Of a stretch of 64,000 nucleotides of DNA, positions 48,847 through 62,468 are shown piece after piece. This DNA is from Asterionella formosa (taxonomy: Eukaryota), in assembly GCA_002256025.1 (NCBI GenBank), contig NKIB01012814.1, positions 1 to 64,000 on the forward strand. Reading direction: 5' to 3'. Position numbers and translations under genes: made by a program. Under the pieces are notes generated by a model. That model was not told where the DNA came from. It saw only the letters and a program-made list of their open reading frames with translations, and searched no databases. Within the stretch, counting starts at the first letter, position 1. Each line of letters begins with the position of its first letter.

Positions 48847-49824
48847 TTGGGAACAATTGAGCTCACAGTTTCGTTCCAAATCCATTGTTTTGTTTGGAAT
48901 CAAATGGTTTTTCTTCCCTTGGCTGCCGATGCAAAAACCGTTCTCTTTCCGAGATGGATGATGCATGCCTTGAGGGTACTTTCCAGAACCCCAAGTATCC
49001 CAATCAGTCCTGCCGGAACTGGGGTTCAAATGTGGTTAGAATTCTTGGAATGTTCCTCCATGAAGAAGATTTTGCGAGCTGTTCGAGCCTGTCAGTTGCC
49101 CCACGCACTTGACGATTGGGAGCGCCCATTACGATCGGCAACAAGACTTTTCAAACAATTGGAGGAAGAGGGGCTGGCAGATATGAATTCCGTATATCCA
49201 ACAATGTGCTTGCTGATTAAGGGACGTCATTGCATCAATGAGAGTGGAAAGAAAGGCCGTCGTCGGTTGTTCACTGAGGACCCGAATGTTGAACTGGTTC
49301 ACGCTTCAGCATCGACGGACTGTCCGGTAGGCTTCATGGAGCGGCTTCTGAAGGATCAGCGGAAACAAATGTCCCTACGAGTCAATGGAATGACACCCTT
49401 ACATGTCATCCTTGAGAAAACGTATGTCCCCTCTGAGATGCTAAAAGTTATGCTCAAAGCGGCGCCAGAATGCGCTTCCATGCCATACAAGAAAGAATTT
49501 CCCTTTCACCAAGCATGTCGTAATGGTTACCTGTGGGATACTGGACTGAAGGAGCTGTTTCAAGCTTATCCAGATGTACTACATGCTGCCGACATTCCTC
49601 CTCTCTACCTCGTCGCATTCGTATTTGCGACCAATAAACACGACGAAGAACGACGACGTTTTCTGAATTATCACTCGTACTATCATGGACGTTGCTTTTT
49701 CTTGCACCAAGAGCAAGAAACCCTTACCCTTGACACTTTTTTTGAAATCTTGACCAAGGATCCAACGATTGTGCAAAATATGAAGGTGGTGAATTCTCAC
49801 AAATTCTACTTCTCTTATCGTTGA
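48847..49824 (+). CDS. Hypothetical protein with degenerate ankyrin-like repeats; 5' structure uncertain
   Basis: NGMTPLHVIL..LKAAPECASM..FPFHQACRNGYLWDTGLKELFQAYPD..TFFEILTKDP resembles an expanded diatom ankyrin-like family. Confidence 0.6.
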   Translation: MGTIELTVSFQIHCFVWNQMVFLPLAADAKTVLFPRWMMHALRVLSRTPSIPISPAGTGVQMWLEFLECSSMKKILRAVRACQLPHALDDWERPLRSATRLFKQLEEEGLADMNSVYPTMCLLIKGRHCINESGKKGRRRLFTEDPNVELVHASASTDCPVGFMERLLKDQRKQMSLRVNGMTPLHVILEKTYVPSEMLKVMLKAAPECASMPYKKEFPFHQACRNGYLWDTGLKELFQAYPDVLHAADIPPLYLVAFVFATNKHDEERRRFLNYHSYYHGRCFFLHQEQETLTLDTFFEILTKDPTIVQNMKVVNSHKFYFSYR

Positions 49825-50051
49825 GCAATAACGAATGGATGGTATACTACAATTAGTGGAACATCATTAACGGTTGCTGTCAGACAGGATTTCTCTATCC
49901 GGACTTTATTAGTAACATAGCAAACCCAATCATAACACGCAAAATAATGCAATCATATTCATTGATGTTTCGCTACTTGTTCCTTTTGATAGGGAGGTGA
50001 TTATTTTAACAAAGTAGAGCTCAAGGCAGCAAAAACATGAAAATGCAGGTA

Positions 50052-51296
50052 TCAATTCTCCTTCTTCGTTCCATTGGTCTTGATCGCGACGTCTTGTGTT
50101 TCGCCTTTCTTGTGCTCACTCAAATCATGAGCTTCTCCCTTGAAAACCAAGAGATAGCCCATTTGAAGAAACATGTAAAACCATAAGACATGCAACAGAA
50201 TAATCAACCCTACCAATGTAACGAAAAAAGGCCCATATGCACAGAAGTAAATTGGATCAATCCTTCCTCCTTCCATCACCATGTATGATTCAAAAATGAC
50301 ACTTCGATAAATGACGAAGGGCAAGATCGTTAATCGAAAAATAAGCCAAAAAATCACCATGGTAATGAAACAAATCGAAGTGCTCAACTTCCATTTCAAG
50401 AAATTGGCCAACTTCGAAAGATCCACAGGCACATCACTAATGTCGTGCACCAAGAAAACCATGCTTCCAACTCTAGTTAACCGAAACATGGACGACCCAA
50501 TAATAAGCAAGTTGGTAACTACGTGGTGAATGGCCATTTCTCGGAAATCTCCTCGAACAGTCTTACTCCACGATATCAAAATGGGAAATTTGATTATGCC
50601 GTTCTCGAATGGATTTTGAAACTTGACAAAAAAGGATAGCTCCGCTAAGCTCACAAGTGCTTCTACGTTGTATGCTGACTGTACCAAGTAATACCACGCC
50701 ATACCCGAATCAACAGGGTGCAAGGGGTATCCTCTAAACAAGACTGTGGTTCCGCCCCGGTTCTCATCCCACCATTCTTTGTCGCAAAAGTACCAGACTC
50801 CGTAGAGACTGATAATGAAATGGTAGGCCAATCGAAAGACGTACTCCCCAAACTTTTGAATCCGAATTTCATTTTGCAGCTCCCAACCCTTTCCGTGTGT
50901 CTTTCTGCCGATTTCTCGACCTATAGAAGAAAATATAGGCAGGAGAATGCCCTTGATGAGCCGTAGTAAGCAAACCAAGATCAGCAGGACCACAATGGAC
51001 GTCACAGTCGTCAGATCGCCCAAGGATGTACTTGGCGTCTCGAAAGCGTAGCTGAAAGCGGATGCCCATCCAACGCCCTGGGAACTTTGCACCAAGTAGT
51101 CATTGTAAGACAGCATGGATGGAAAACTATTTCTTACATCGCCGACCTTGTACTGAACCCATGAGCTCAAGGCAGATGGGACAAAAGAACGCCATTCGTC
51201 AGAGCATCCAAGAAGGGAGCACACTGAGTCGATACCTTTCGTTGCCAACAAAATCGGACTTGCGGGATAAATGGAAAGATCATAATCTTCGGACAT
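50052..51296 (-). CDS. LAG1: Ceramide synthase, Lag1/TLC domain
   Basis: Lag1 motif RGDFREMAIHHVVT..GSMVFLVHDISDVPVDLSK; KFGEYVFR; multiple TM helices. Confidence 0.92.
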   Translation of the reverse strand: MSEDYDLSIYPASPILLATKGIDSVCSLLGCSDEWRSFVPSALSSWVQYKVGDVRNSFPSMLSYNDYLVQSSQGVGWASAFSYAFETPSTSLGDLTTVTSIVVLLILVCLLRLIKGILLPIFSSIGREIGRKTHGKGWELQNEIRIQKFGEYVFRLAYHFIISLYGVWYFCDKEWWDENRGGTTVLFRGYPLHPVDSGMAWYYLVQSAYNVEALVSLAELSFFVKFQNPFENGIIKFPILISWSKTVRGDFREMAIHHVVTNLLIIGSSMFRLTRVGSMVFLVHDISDVPVDLSKLANFLKWKLSTSICFITMVIFWLIFRLTILPFVIYRSVIFESYMVMEGGRIDPIYFCAYGPFFVTLVGLIILLHVLWFYMFLQMGYLLVFKGEAHDLSEHKKGETQDVAIKTNGTKKEN

Positions 51297-52382
51297 GGTT
51301 GCCGAGGTATGTTAATTCGGTGTATTGTACCCTGGAGTATAGTCGATAACTTCTGGAAGAGCAAAATGAAAAGAGAGCCAATGATGCTGAAAATATGCTG
51401 GTACAAATGTAGTATTGGTACCAGTAAAAAACTGCTTTGACCCACTGGGAAAATTATCGAACAGCATTGACCCACTGACGGTGTAAAAAACACGTTTTGC
51501 TATGAATTATCATTTATTTTCTATTTCTTAAGCGCTAGGATGTAATGGAGTTCTCAGCCGGCTTAACCCTAGTTTGGAGAAAATATCAGTAGGGTTGTAA
51601 ACACGGCGTGGAACAGGGAGTTTACTACTATGAATTCCCATGATTCGAGTGTCAAGTTGAATATTTGAATTAAAAAGGAATCGGCGCCAGATTGATGGAG
51701 TTATATTTAAAAAATACAAAAATGAATTTTAAACGTGAACACTTTATCTACATTACTGAATGTAGACATGATTCTGCTCAACGCCAAAACACATATATAA
51801 ATCAGGAGTACTCCAACATGTACGCTCATGGTTCGTGTTTATACGTTAAATCGAATCTACGCTGCTGTATGTAGGTTTAATAAAAGCAGCACGTTACGAG
51901 GTAACGAAGTACCTGGTACCAGAGTACCGGTGTGCCGTTAGTACATAATCTCGGTTCATGACGATAGAAGACAGGATGAAACTCGCACTGGTGTACCGGC
52001 AGTCTACTGATTTTGCCTGCTGGTGTGGTACGTCTAACACGTGTGGATCAAGTGTGGCTGGCGTGATTTTACAAGACCGGAGTACTTCAGCCAATCTGGA
52101 GCAGGTGAGTAAATTCAATTCGACCAATCAGAATATGTGTAGTGACGCGGCAACGAACCCTGGAGTCTTGTCGGACTGAGAATTAAGCAGCAAAACACAC
52201 AACTGCGCAGGACTCTCAGTCTACGAGAACGTTTTGCACATACAAATTCCGATTCCAATATTTTGGCGACTGTTGAAAAAGCCGATCGGGTCGACTTTTT
52301 GGAGGAGGATTGCTCTACATCTGCGGGGTTTCATCAAGATTAAAGTAGACAGCCGTGTACCCTTTAACGTCAGGAGTTAACG

Positions 52383-52496
52383 TCTGGAGAGAAACTGCAG
52401 TTATGTATCGTGGATTTTTAAAAAAGCTTCGAAGCCCCTTTTTTGACTATTTTTGCGATAGTTACGAAAGATACATAACTGCAGTTTCTCTCCAGA
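52383..52496. repeat. Perfect 27-bp inverted repeat with 60-bp spacer
   Basis: TCTGGAGAGAAACTGCAGTTATGTATC (52383-52409) and its exact reverse complement (52470-52496). Confidence 0.9.
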
Positions 52497-53011
52497 AATG
52501 AGGTCCTTAACATATCCGTAGATAGAACATACCCCGAAGTCGGCGCATGACTGTATCTAAGCATGTGCAAAGTGGTCGTAATGGTGAAAGCTATTTTTAC
52601 CCTAACTATTTTCTTTACTTGTACGTAATGTGTCTATGAAGGTACATCATCAAATTTGGAAGAAACGGACCTCGCAGTGTGTACCTGCGGGGCTGCAACC
52701 TTAATTTAGGTCCAAAGTGGTGATCGAAAAAAAGCGAAAAGCACAGATTGTCCCAAGTTTGGAGCTCTCATCTTATATTGTGTACAATGATGGGTATAAA
52801 GTTCTTGCATTTTATGTTTTATCCATAACCTTGCCAATAATTATTCTATAAATAAACATAAATGAAACAATGTGCCCAAATATTATTTAGAATAGGATAC
52901 GTATGTATATGCATGAGATAGAATAGATACTAGAAAAGCAAAATTACCCTGATGGGTATGTATGATGTATTTTATGCTTTGCTTACATTACCACTCATAA
53001 TATTGAGCATC

Positions 53012-53800
53012 ATGCCAAAGACAAGAAAAGTCACCTGGCGCAAGCCTGATCTCACTTAAGAGATGATAGATAGATGTTTACTTGGCATTGCTACTGAAAT
53101 GGAATTGTTGAAAGCCAACAACAGAGATAAACTTCCATATGGCGCACTCACCAAAGCAGTCAATGAAATGAAGGGTATACTCCCATGGTTGACGGTTTTT
53201 AAAGTCAACTACTACCTCACCAAGATCAACAAAAATGCGGTTCCAAGGCCAGATGTTGGCTCTGCACCTAGCTAATCCCAACAGCCAGCAGCATAATGAA
53301 TCAAAAACAAGTACACTATCTGATTTGTCAATGGATGGAATAAATGTAAAGCTGTCTAATAAATTTGAGAGTTTCTCCTACATGATTGATGAAGACTCTC
53401 TATCTGGTGTAGTGTTGGAAAAATACGAAGAAAATAGTTCTACTATGAACGACTTAACTACAGCACCCTCTACAATTGTCACTACTAGCACAACTTCATT
53501 TGGAGGTCCTCCAAACGGAACTACAACTGTCCTTACCACTGCCATGGCGAACTTGACCAAGCAGTGCATTGCGAACTCAGCAGAAGAATTTATAAGTGTG
53601 AGAGAGGAAGAAAGAAATACAAACGAGCAGGCAAAAACACACTAAACTGCATAATTGAGAGGTGGAATGAGGCGCTTGGTATTCCTCTTGCTGTTGATAT
53701 TAAGAAAGAAACATTTAGATCAAGGGCAAAACGATTCAACACCAGAGGGCTGAAAGAAGCAGTCACCTCACCAATGTTGGAAGTCGAACCATACTGGGAT
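53012..53800 (+). pseudogene. Decayed pogo-like transposase, N-terminal part
   Basis: KLPYGALTKAV..LPWLT, GGPPNGTT (like GGRPKGTT), IKKETFRSRAKR..SPMLEVEP, with stops and frameshifts. Confidence 0.55.
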
Positions 53801-54589
53801 GAAGTTGAAGCGTTGGTGGAGAAGTTTTGGAACATGATTTCATTCTCACAAGAATGAAGGATGAATGCAACAACAAGTCGTCAAAAGTGCGCAATCTTTC
53901 ACGTTTTTGATCAGAACTTTTTGTGGACCATTGGGTAAAGGTGTTTGGCAGGAATTCCCTGACCTTTTCTTTGAAAGGGGTTCGATCCCTATTAAAAAAT
54001 GATAACCCTAACGAAGAGTACACTGGTTTCAAACCGAATCTCAAACATTCTAAACATTATAAAACAAGTACATCTAAGACGCCATTTACGGCACAGTTTC
54101 AAATTTATGTCTAAAGTGATGTATTTATGCTACTTTTCTAAAATATTATGTTACTTTGAAATATTATGTTACTTTTTCCCTAATTTATTCGGGTCAAACA
54201 AAAATGTATTTCACTTATCAAATAATTATGTGATCATACCAATAATTATGTGTGTTCGTGACAATATATGTTGACCAACAAGCCATCACGACAGTATAAA
54301 AGCGAAATTATGCTGCTCCACTTCAATATTATGCTGGCTTCGATATATAATGAACGAAAGAGTTGCCAATTCCGATTCACTTATTATTTTTTCTGCTCCA
54401 ACATATTCCTTTGATCTCAACTGGCAAATAACAACACATGCAAGAGGAAGATTCACACAGTAGAATTCAGCGCACGTAGTAGTAGGTGCTGTTGTAGAAA
54501 CATTGTTTAGTCATTGTTGATTGTAGAGTTCACAATAGCCTGCCAGATTAGAAATAAAGCACTGTTGGTCATCATTGAGCATCGTTGAG

Positions 54590-55225
54590 CATTGCATGTC
54601 GCCGTAGTGAGTCGAAATTGAGATGTGCAACAATGGCCTTCTCCTCTTCGGAGCAGCCACATATAGTCTACAACGATAACTCTAGAAAGTTAAATATAGA
54701 AAAGGAGCAGAAGATGAGCAGCTGTCAACGACTGAAGTCGTAAAATCGTTTATTTACAGCTGTTGCATATTTTAACCTTGCATGTCGCCGTGGTGAGTCA
54801 AAATTGAGATGTGCCGCAATGGCCCTCTCCTTTTCGGAGCGGCTACAAATAGTCTACAGCGATAACTCTGGCAAGAAGTACAATGTATAAAAGTACCAAA
54901 GGATGAGTAGCTGTCAACGATTGACTTCGTAAATTTGTTTAGAAACAGCTGTAGCATACTACTTCAACATTCAATGCATGTCGCTGTAGTCAGTCGAAAT
55001 TGAGATGTGCCGCAATTGCCTTCTCCGGTTTGGAGGAGCTAGCGAAATTCTGAAGCGATAACTTTAGCAATCACAAAATAGAAAAATAAGCAAAGGATGA
55101 GTAGCTGACAAAAATTGAATTCGTAAACTGGTTAAGAAACAGCTGTTGCATATTTTAACATTCATTATATGTCGCCATAGTGAGTCAAAATTGAGATGTG
55201 GCTGCCCCAATGGCATTCTCCTTTC
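54590..55225 (-). repeat. Tandem array A (~190-bp unit), inverted copy of 17120-17800
   Basis: AAATTGAGATGTG recurs at about 54615, 54800, 54997, 55188. Confidence 0.85.
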
Positions 55226-55589
55226 CGATCGGCTAGTAGATTACATCTATATTGATAACTGTAGCAATAACAAATTGGTCGTAAACGCAATGGCCAAGTA
55301 GATGAGGACTATCAACTTCATTGAATTCAACCACTCCATACTAGCTAACCTGTATTTTTCGCAATATTTCGCACGTTTTCAGCACACCACCAGTCAATAC
55401 ACTCCAAAAGTACTTTCTAATGTCTGATTTGACCAATAAAACACTTAGCAATTTAGGAGATGGATGCAATTTGGTATAGAATAATAGCTTTGAGTTTTGG
55501 GGCATCCCTGCTGATGTCCTAACTATCATCACGGCATAATAGTACATCCTATGGTAGTAAATCAAAAATGAGACGTGCAACAATCGCCA

Positions 55590-57245
55590 TCTACAAAGTC
55601 TGATGCCTCCTTTGATCAATATATGTTTGTTATGAGTATATCGAAATTCACCTTGATGGCATTGATCTTTTGTACATCGAATACTATGCTGTATTGAAAT
55701 CAGCCTTAAAATCATGGTGGAGCAAGATGGTTTGGAATTTCCGTTGCAACAGCACCTGATGATCAGTCCAACATCACCGAAAATTCGCAAAACTTACAAA
55801 TCCTGATGCCTCCTTTGATCAATATATGTTCGTTCTCAGAATATCAACATTCGCCATGACGGCATTGATCTCGTGTACATCGAATACTATTCTGGATATT
55901 AATTGGCCTTAAATTGGTGGACAAAGATGGCTTGGAATTGTTGTTGCCATAGCACTGATGATCAGTCCACAAGCATCCGAAAATTTACACATCCTGATTC
56001 TTCTCAGAATATCGAGATTCGCCATGACTACATTGATCTCGTGTACATCGAATACATTACTGAATAGAAATCGGCCTTAAATTGGTGGAGAAAGATGGTT
56101 TGGAATTTCCATTGCAACAGCACTTGTCCTTAGGAATTTTTGTTGCCACAGCACTGATGATAAGCCATTCCACAAGCATCCGAAAATTTAAGCATCCTGA
56201 TGACTAACTTGATCAATATATGCTTGTTCTGGGAATATTGTTGTTTTAAATGAAGGCAATGATCTTGTGTACATCGAATAATATGCTGGATACTAGAAAT
56301 CGGCCTCAAATTGGTGGAGAAAGATGGTAAGGGATTTTTGTTGCCACAGCACTGATGTTCAGTCAAGAAGCATACGAAATTCACAAAACTTACACATCCT
56401 GATGCCTTCGTTGATCAATATATGTTTGTTCTGATCATATCAACATTCAACCTGACTGCATTGATCTTGTGTACATCTAATACTATGCTAGAGGGAAGCC
56501 GGCCAAAATTGGTTGCGAAAGATTGTTTGTATCCTACATCATTGATGATCATTCCACAAGCACCGACATTTTACACACATCCTAATGACCAATTTGATCG
56601 ATATATGTTCGTTCTAAGCATATCGCCATTAACAATGATGGCACTGATCTCGTGTACATCGAATACTAGCTATGCGAGATAGAAATCGGCCTCAAATCGG
56701 TAGAGAAATATGTTTTGGAATTTTGGCTGCTACGGCACCACTTGTAATGCATCAGTCCACAGCAAGCACCGAAATTTTACAATCCTGATGCCTCCATTGA
56801 TCAACATATGTTTGTTCTGAGCATATAAACATTCGAACTGACGGCATTGATTTCGTGTACATGATCGAACACTATGCTAGATGGAAATCTGCCTTAAATT
56901 GGATGAGAAGGGTTGTTTGGAATTTTTGTTGCTACTGCACTTAATGATCAGGCCACAAGCACTGAAAACTTACACAACATCCTGATGACCAACATTCTAA
57001 ATAACGGCATTGATCTAGTGTACATCGAATACTATGCTAGATAGAAATTGACAATGAATTGGTAGAGAAAGATAGGTTGGAAGTTTGGTTGTTAAAGCAG
57101 TGGTCATCAGTCCACAGCAGGCACCTAAAATTTTAGAATCCTGACGCCTCCTTTGGACAAAAAACGTTCGTTCTGAGCGTATCGACATTCGACAAGGAGC
57201 CTCTGATCTCGGGTACATCGAATAATATATAAGATAGAAATTGGC
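55590..57245 (-). repeat. Tandem array B (~195-bp unit, about 8-9 copies), inverted and expanded relative to 16100-16770
   Basis: Repeated GTGTACATCGAATA, AAATTGGTGGA, ATCCTGATG and GATCAATATATG. Confidence 0.88.
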
Positions 57246-57359
57246 AATTGTTTCAAAAACTTCTAGAAGTGAGGTGGCATGAAATAACAAATAGAGTTTT
57301 AGTTTTACATGTTCTAACAAATCGACAACAAAAACAACATTTACAACTAAGAGAAAACA

Positions 57360-58335
57360 TCGTCTATAAATAAAATTTATCATGAATATAGGATCATGGG
57401 TATTGTACGCTAAGTGGCACAGGATTTTTACATATATGATAGTTTTTCGATCAAAAATATGATCAATGTATCATATAATTATGATCATGAAGTAAACTTT
57501 TACCGAGATTGAAGTATGATGATACTACCATAGTTATAATTCCATTGCATCATATAATTAGATAAACATGGTCATATGATGTGTATACTTTTGTCATACA
57601 TCTATCTTAGCATGATCGTAATTCTCATCGATATCACTGTCTAAAATAGGATGAAATTGATCGAAATTTAGAAGTATATTTAGCTAAGAATGGTTTTATG
57701 TTGCTATATCTTGAGTGGCTACAGAATGTTCTACAATGCTCTCATCGCAATGATTGGTGCTTCAGCTTTCACTTCCAAATTCCCCCCAATCCAATTCTGA
57801 AGGTTTTTGTACTGGTTGCCTTGCCGTTGTTCCCCTGCGTTGTTCCATTTACTCCTGAGGGTTCTGAGTTTGCATTTCACGCACTATTGAATCCGTTTCG
57901 TTGTTCCAATTAGCCATACTAACAAAGAGAAGCAATTCATTGTTAGCTGTTCATGTTTTGCTTACACAACAACATGCATTTCGCTTCTATCTTCACTTAC
58001 CACAAATTGAGGAAGTAACTGATGCATATTTCTGTAAAAGAATGTGTCAGTTGAAGATTGAATGAGAAGCAAAGTATCGATCAATAAATGGGCTCCAACA
58101 CTGCTGTTTGTAACTTAAAAATACTTTTTGTTTACCATTATCCTGAACTAAGCAACACAGCACATGTGTCAGTTTTTCTAACAGTTGTAGATTGATCCAA
58201 AGATGGCTGATAGCACTTACCGATTTCTTTTGTCCACCACATTGATAGTTGGACAGCCACCAAATCGAAAAAAATCTATTGAATCACTGAAAGGGGAAGA
58301 GTCATTCCGCATTTTTAATCCCAGCAATTGATCAT
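57360..58335. mobile_element. Harbinger-like family left arm
   Basis: CGTCTATAAATAAAA..GTACGCTAAGTGGCACAGGATTTT; inverted match to 25895-26853. Confidence 0.78.
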
Positions 58336-60852
58336 CCTGGCATTTGCTCTTGAAAAACCGTGATGCTGTTCACAGCTTGTTGATTCTGCCCTTCTCCATC
58401 GTATTCACTCAATCTTAGCTGCATGTTGTATCATCATGCTGTTTTGTCACTTCAGTTTTTCGCATCATGTGTTGCTTGAGATCCTTCATTTCACTAAGTG
58501 TATGCATGACAAGGAACATGAAAAGCATTTGCTCTTGACTTGTTACCATCAATGGATCCTTCCCTTCTCTTCTAAGCCGCAAGTATCATTGTGCTGTATT
58601 ATCACTTTTGTTTTCCGTGTCATCATGTGTGATGATCCTTCATTTCAGGAGCAAAGTGGCTGTATGCATTACAAGGAACATGAAAACATGATTTCAAATG
58701 TTTCAGCCATGAATACATATATGTAAAGATTTTTAAGAAGTTTAAATGTATATATAGTTGAACATTTGCATAGTTTTAAACACGCTCATTATACAGCACA
58801 TCCTGTGTATACTAATATCAATTTGATTATACATAATTCAAATATATACAATGCATGATGAGTTCATAGTGTTCCACGACCTGTTGAATTTTTTCAATTT
58901 GTTCTGTGTCAATTCTTGTACCTACAAGTCAGTGGCTGATTTAATTAAGCCCCTTAATAAACAAGAGTCATCACCAATTTTTTAAATGGTCGAAATCATA
59001 CATTTATGTAAATAGACATATTGACCAAAATTCACATGGCCTACCGGTAGTACTGTATACTTGCTAGGAATTATTTTTTATCATGGAAATGCCACAATAG
59101 TGCAGCGGGAAACTGAAAATGCTCATGTGTTTAGGATCATTCGATCATATTTTTAAGATCAATTAATCCTGATTCCTGAAAATAAATTTTGATCTTTTAT
59201 TTTTTCATCAACGACACCGTCCATCATATGATCAATATGTTATCATCAAAGGTATAGGATAAATGAATCAAAATTGATTGATTAAAGATCATAGTTTATA
59301 CCGGAGTAGTTGCTCATGCATGCAATCCCTTCCCCCCTGTATTTAATTACGGAAGTGATAACCCCCAAGCTACCAAATTTTTATGTCTTGTAAGAATTAT
59401 CGCAGCATGCATGCATACATGACTCCTACTCGTATATATAATGCGGATATGATGACCACCAGACTCCCAATCCTATAGGTATCATTGAGGAGAAAACTTA
59501 TTAGGATTCTCTGTCTTTGCCCTCGCCCGTTCGGCATTCTACCATTGCTTCCTCTCAATCAATACTAGCTAGTAGTATAGCTAATGAAAACCGTAATTAG
59601 ATGAAATGTGACTTCCGGTTTCTAATATTTTAAATTGTTGCACTACTGAAACTTGAATCCATAGATGGGCATTCAACTTGTGCTTGCTTCTTGCATTTTT
59701 GCAGTATAGACTGGCTGGTGATCGATAGGCCAAAGTGTCTTGCTTTTCATGAACATCTACAAAGTACTAGTGCTTTTGTCGAGGTTTGAGTCTAAATCCA
59801 ACTGCTATCATCCATTGAACTATTCCAGATACATCAAAGAATACGCTCCTGTCTTCAAAGGTAAGGAACTAGTACGATGACAAAGGAAATCTGATGAGAC
59901 ACGAAAATTAGGAAACCAGAGTCACTCTGTTACTATAAATAGACAGTCTCATGCTTGAAAGAATACAATTTTTGCATTAAAGTGTCGGAAAATGCATAAA
60001 CCGTCAGTCAGGGGAGTTTGTGATCATTTCCGCGATGCGAAGTTTTTATCCGTGTAAAGAGCAAGCCGTCTATTGTTAAATGGCTTAAAGTATATCTATA
60101 GTAAGCTGTCAAATGACCTTATCAAGATTCCATAGAAATATGAACCACGACAATTAGTGTGTACATGAAAGTCACTTCAAATTGACGTAGAGGAATTTGT
60201 TGCATCTTGAAATGTTGTTCCCTCTCCGAGAATACTGTTGCTCTGGTTTTTCTCATCTATTTCTACAAAACATAGGAAACCTTATCTAGTCAAAGTTATC
60301 TAGCTCATCACCGCGGACTCAACACTGTCGCTACTTTGGTCGTATCTTCAAAACTGAGCAAATGACGACCAAAAACAACTGTCAGCGCCGATTTTAACTT
60401 TTTTTGTCAATACCAGTGCAAAAAGTTTTATTATTGAACGATAATTTTGTTTATGTCAGTCTGCATAAACGTGCGAAATAGGAGTTGTTCATTGTCAATA
60501 TTCGTGAAGATATTCAAACCCATAATTTCGTCATGGTCAAGATGGAGTTGCTGACTCATCGACCCCATACCACAGGCAGCTGTACAAACACACATGTAAG
60601 TACTGGTAGTACATAACCAGTAGTATGTATGCAAAGCATATTACTTATGCATGCCAAGGATATTGAATATTCATCACTCTATACATATGTTGTGGTACCA
60701 GAAGTTGGAATTAACATGTAATCCTGTAGGTCTGTCATTACTACATACTCGGCAGTAAAAGTCCACATCATACATCATATCGGCATTATATTTGGAATTG
60801 TTGTGTGTATCCATGAATTACTTTTTGTCAAAAGTCGCTCCACAAATACGAA

Positions 60853-62352
60853 ATGTCTAGTTCTTCCAACTCATCTCACAATTCACCCTCCTCTGAGGAG
60901 GATGATAGCATCTTGCAGCGTTCAGGAGATAGTTTGTCAGATGATAGTGCTTCCTCTTCTGGGAAAAAGGGGTAGACGCCATTAACTTTTCCATCCTGCC
61001 ATTGTCACCTGCAGGCGACACTCCAGCATGCACTGACAATTTTCCTCTTCCCCATGGCGACACTCCTTGGTGCTGGGAACCGGACTCACCAGACTTATCA
61101 TACAGACAATGACTGATTATACATTAGCTTGTCGCAAGGCTGTCAAGAAGATTTGGCCAAATGCCGAATTTACATTTGGTATGTGCTCTTATCATGCCTG
61201 GAATGCATGGGTAAAGAAGCATAGAGGAAAGTTCAAGAAATACGACAAAAACAAGAAGAGAATGGGTGAAGACTTCGAGGCGTATAAAAGAAGTCCCTGG
61301 ATACAGCTAGTTCCAATCCTTCACGATTTGATGATTTTCAAGTGGATCAACACATACAAGGAAAAGGAAGTTGCAACTGCGTAGTTGACACAATGGGGTC
61401 CCACCATTCACACCAGAATTGAATTGAACATTTCCAATCTACTTCGTGGTGGTTTGCCTGCACACAACAACAATTCAGAGGGCATCAACAGTGGTGATAA
61501 ATCATTCTTTGACCATAGGAAGCCTTTAACAGCTTACTTCATTCATAACATGACTTACATGTTAGAGGATTGTTCCAAAGGGGATCTATCATTTTGCTCC
61601 ACTTTACACTCATCGGTACACTCGATAAATTTCTACAAGTCTATTTATAAGCTTCTTGAGAAAAGCCAAAATGGGGAAGCTACATTTCTAACAGTGACAT
61701 TTGATTTCAAGTGTGATTCAATTAGAATCGGAGAGGGTTCATTGTTGATTGCGACATCGTCATTTGTGGACCTAAATATTATGTCCTCTATGCAAACAAT
61801 GCAGTCCCAGAGTACTGCAACTGCATTGTCACAGCACAGTCAACTATCCCAATCTCGAAAGAGATATCTTTATATTGGGAACACAGAATCAGTTACTGCA
61901 CTAACTGTTATGCAATTGATAAAGAAGAACAAAATGCATGATGAATACAAGAGCCTTCTCCGAAATCCTGAACAGTATTCTGCTAACCACACATTTGATG
62001 ATGTCCTTTCCCTCACCTGCAGGTTTCACCTTATTGTATTGAACCTATTGTTTCCAAGAGTGAAAACTATGATGTTGCTGTTACTAACTTTTTAGAAATT
62101 TTGGGAGCATGTGGATTGGGTTCCATTTCGATTAATAGCTTGAAAGCAATGGGCAATGAAGGCCTCATATCTTGCCATTGTCATGCGTATTTAGCAAACG
62201 CGTGGTGTAAACATGCATGTGCTTTTGCATTTGACCATGGAATTATTTCTACCTTTCCAAAGACAATGCATCCAAAGCCTAGTATTAAGAATAAAGGTTC
62301 TGGATGAATCAAAAATGTGAAATGTGTAGGTAACTTAGATATTAAAGGATGA
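60853..62352 (+). pseudogene. MULE transposase C-terminal half gene (second D, CxxH, E, SWIM), disrupted
   Basis: MSSSSNSS leader, WEPD/TMTDYTLACRKAVKKIWPNAEFTFGMCSYHAW, GLPAHNNNSEGIN, SWIM CHCHAYLANAWCKH. Confidence 0.8.
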
Positions 62353-62420
62353 TAACGTGGAGGTAACTTAGATATCAAAGGATGATAACGTGGAAGTAAC
62401 TTAGATATTAATAGATGATA
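62331..62420. repeat. 33-bp tandem repeat, about 3 copies
   Basis: GTAACTTAGATAT(T/C)AAAGGATGATAACGTGGA repeated. Confidence 0.85.
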
Positions 62421-62468
62421 AATTTAGAAAAGCACTAGTAGTAGTGCTGATTATAAAAGTTATCATTA

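Noticed and set aside
54590..57245. CRISPR-like array
   Set aside because: Whole ~190-bp units are homologous, with no unique spacers; there are no cas genes and the context is eukaryotic.
60853..62352. Simple recent inversion as the full explanation of the split
   Set aside because: Disfavoured but not excluded: the C-half has its own ATG and leader and the N-half ends in triple stops. Other copies are needed to decide.
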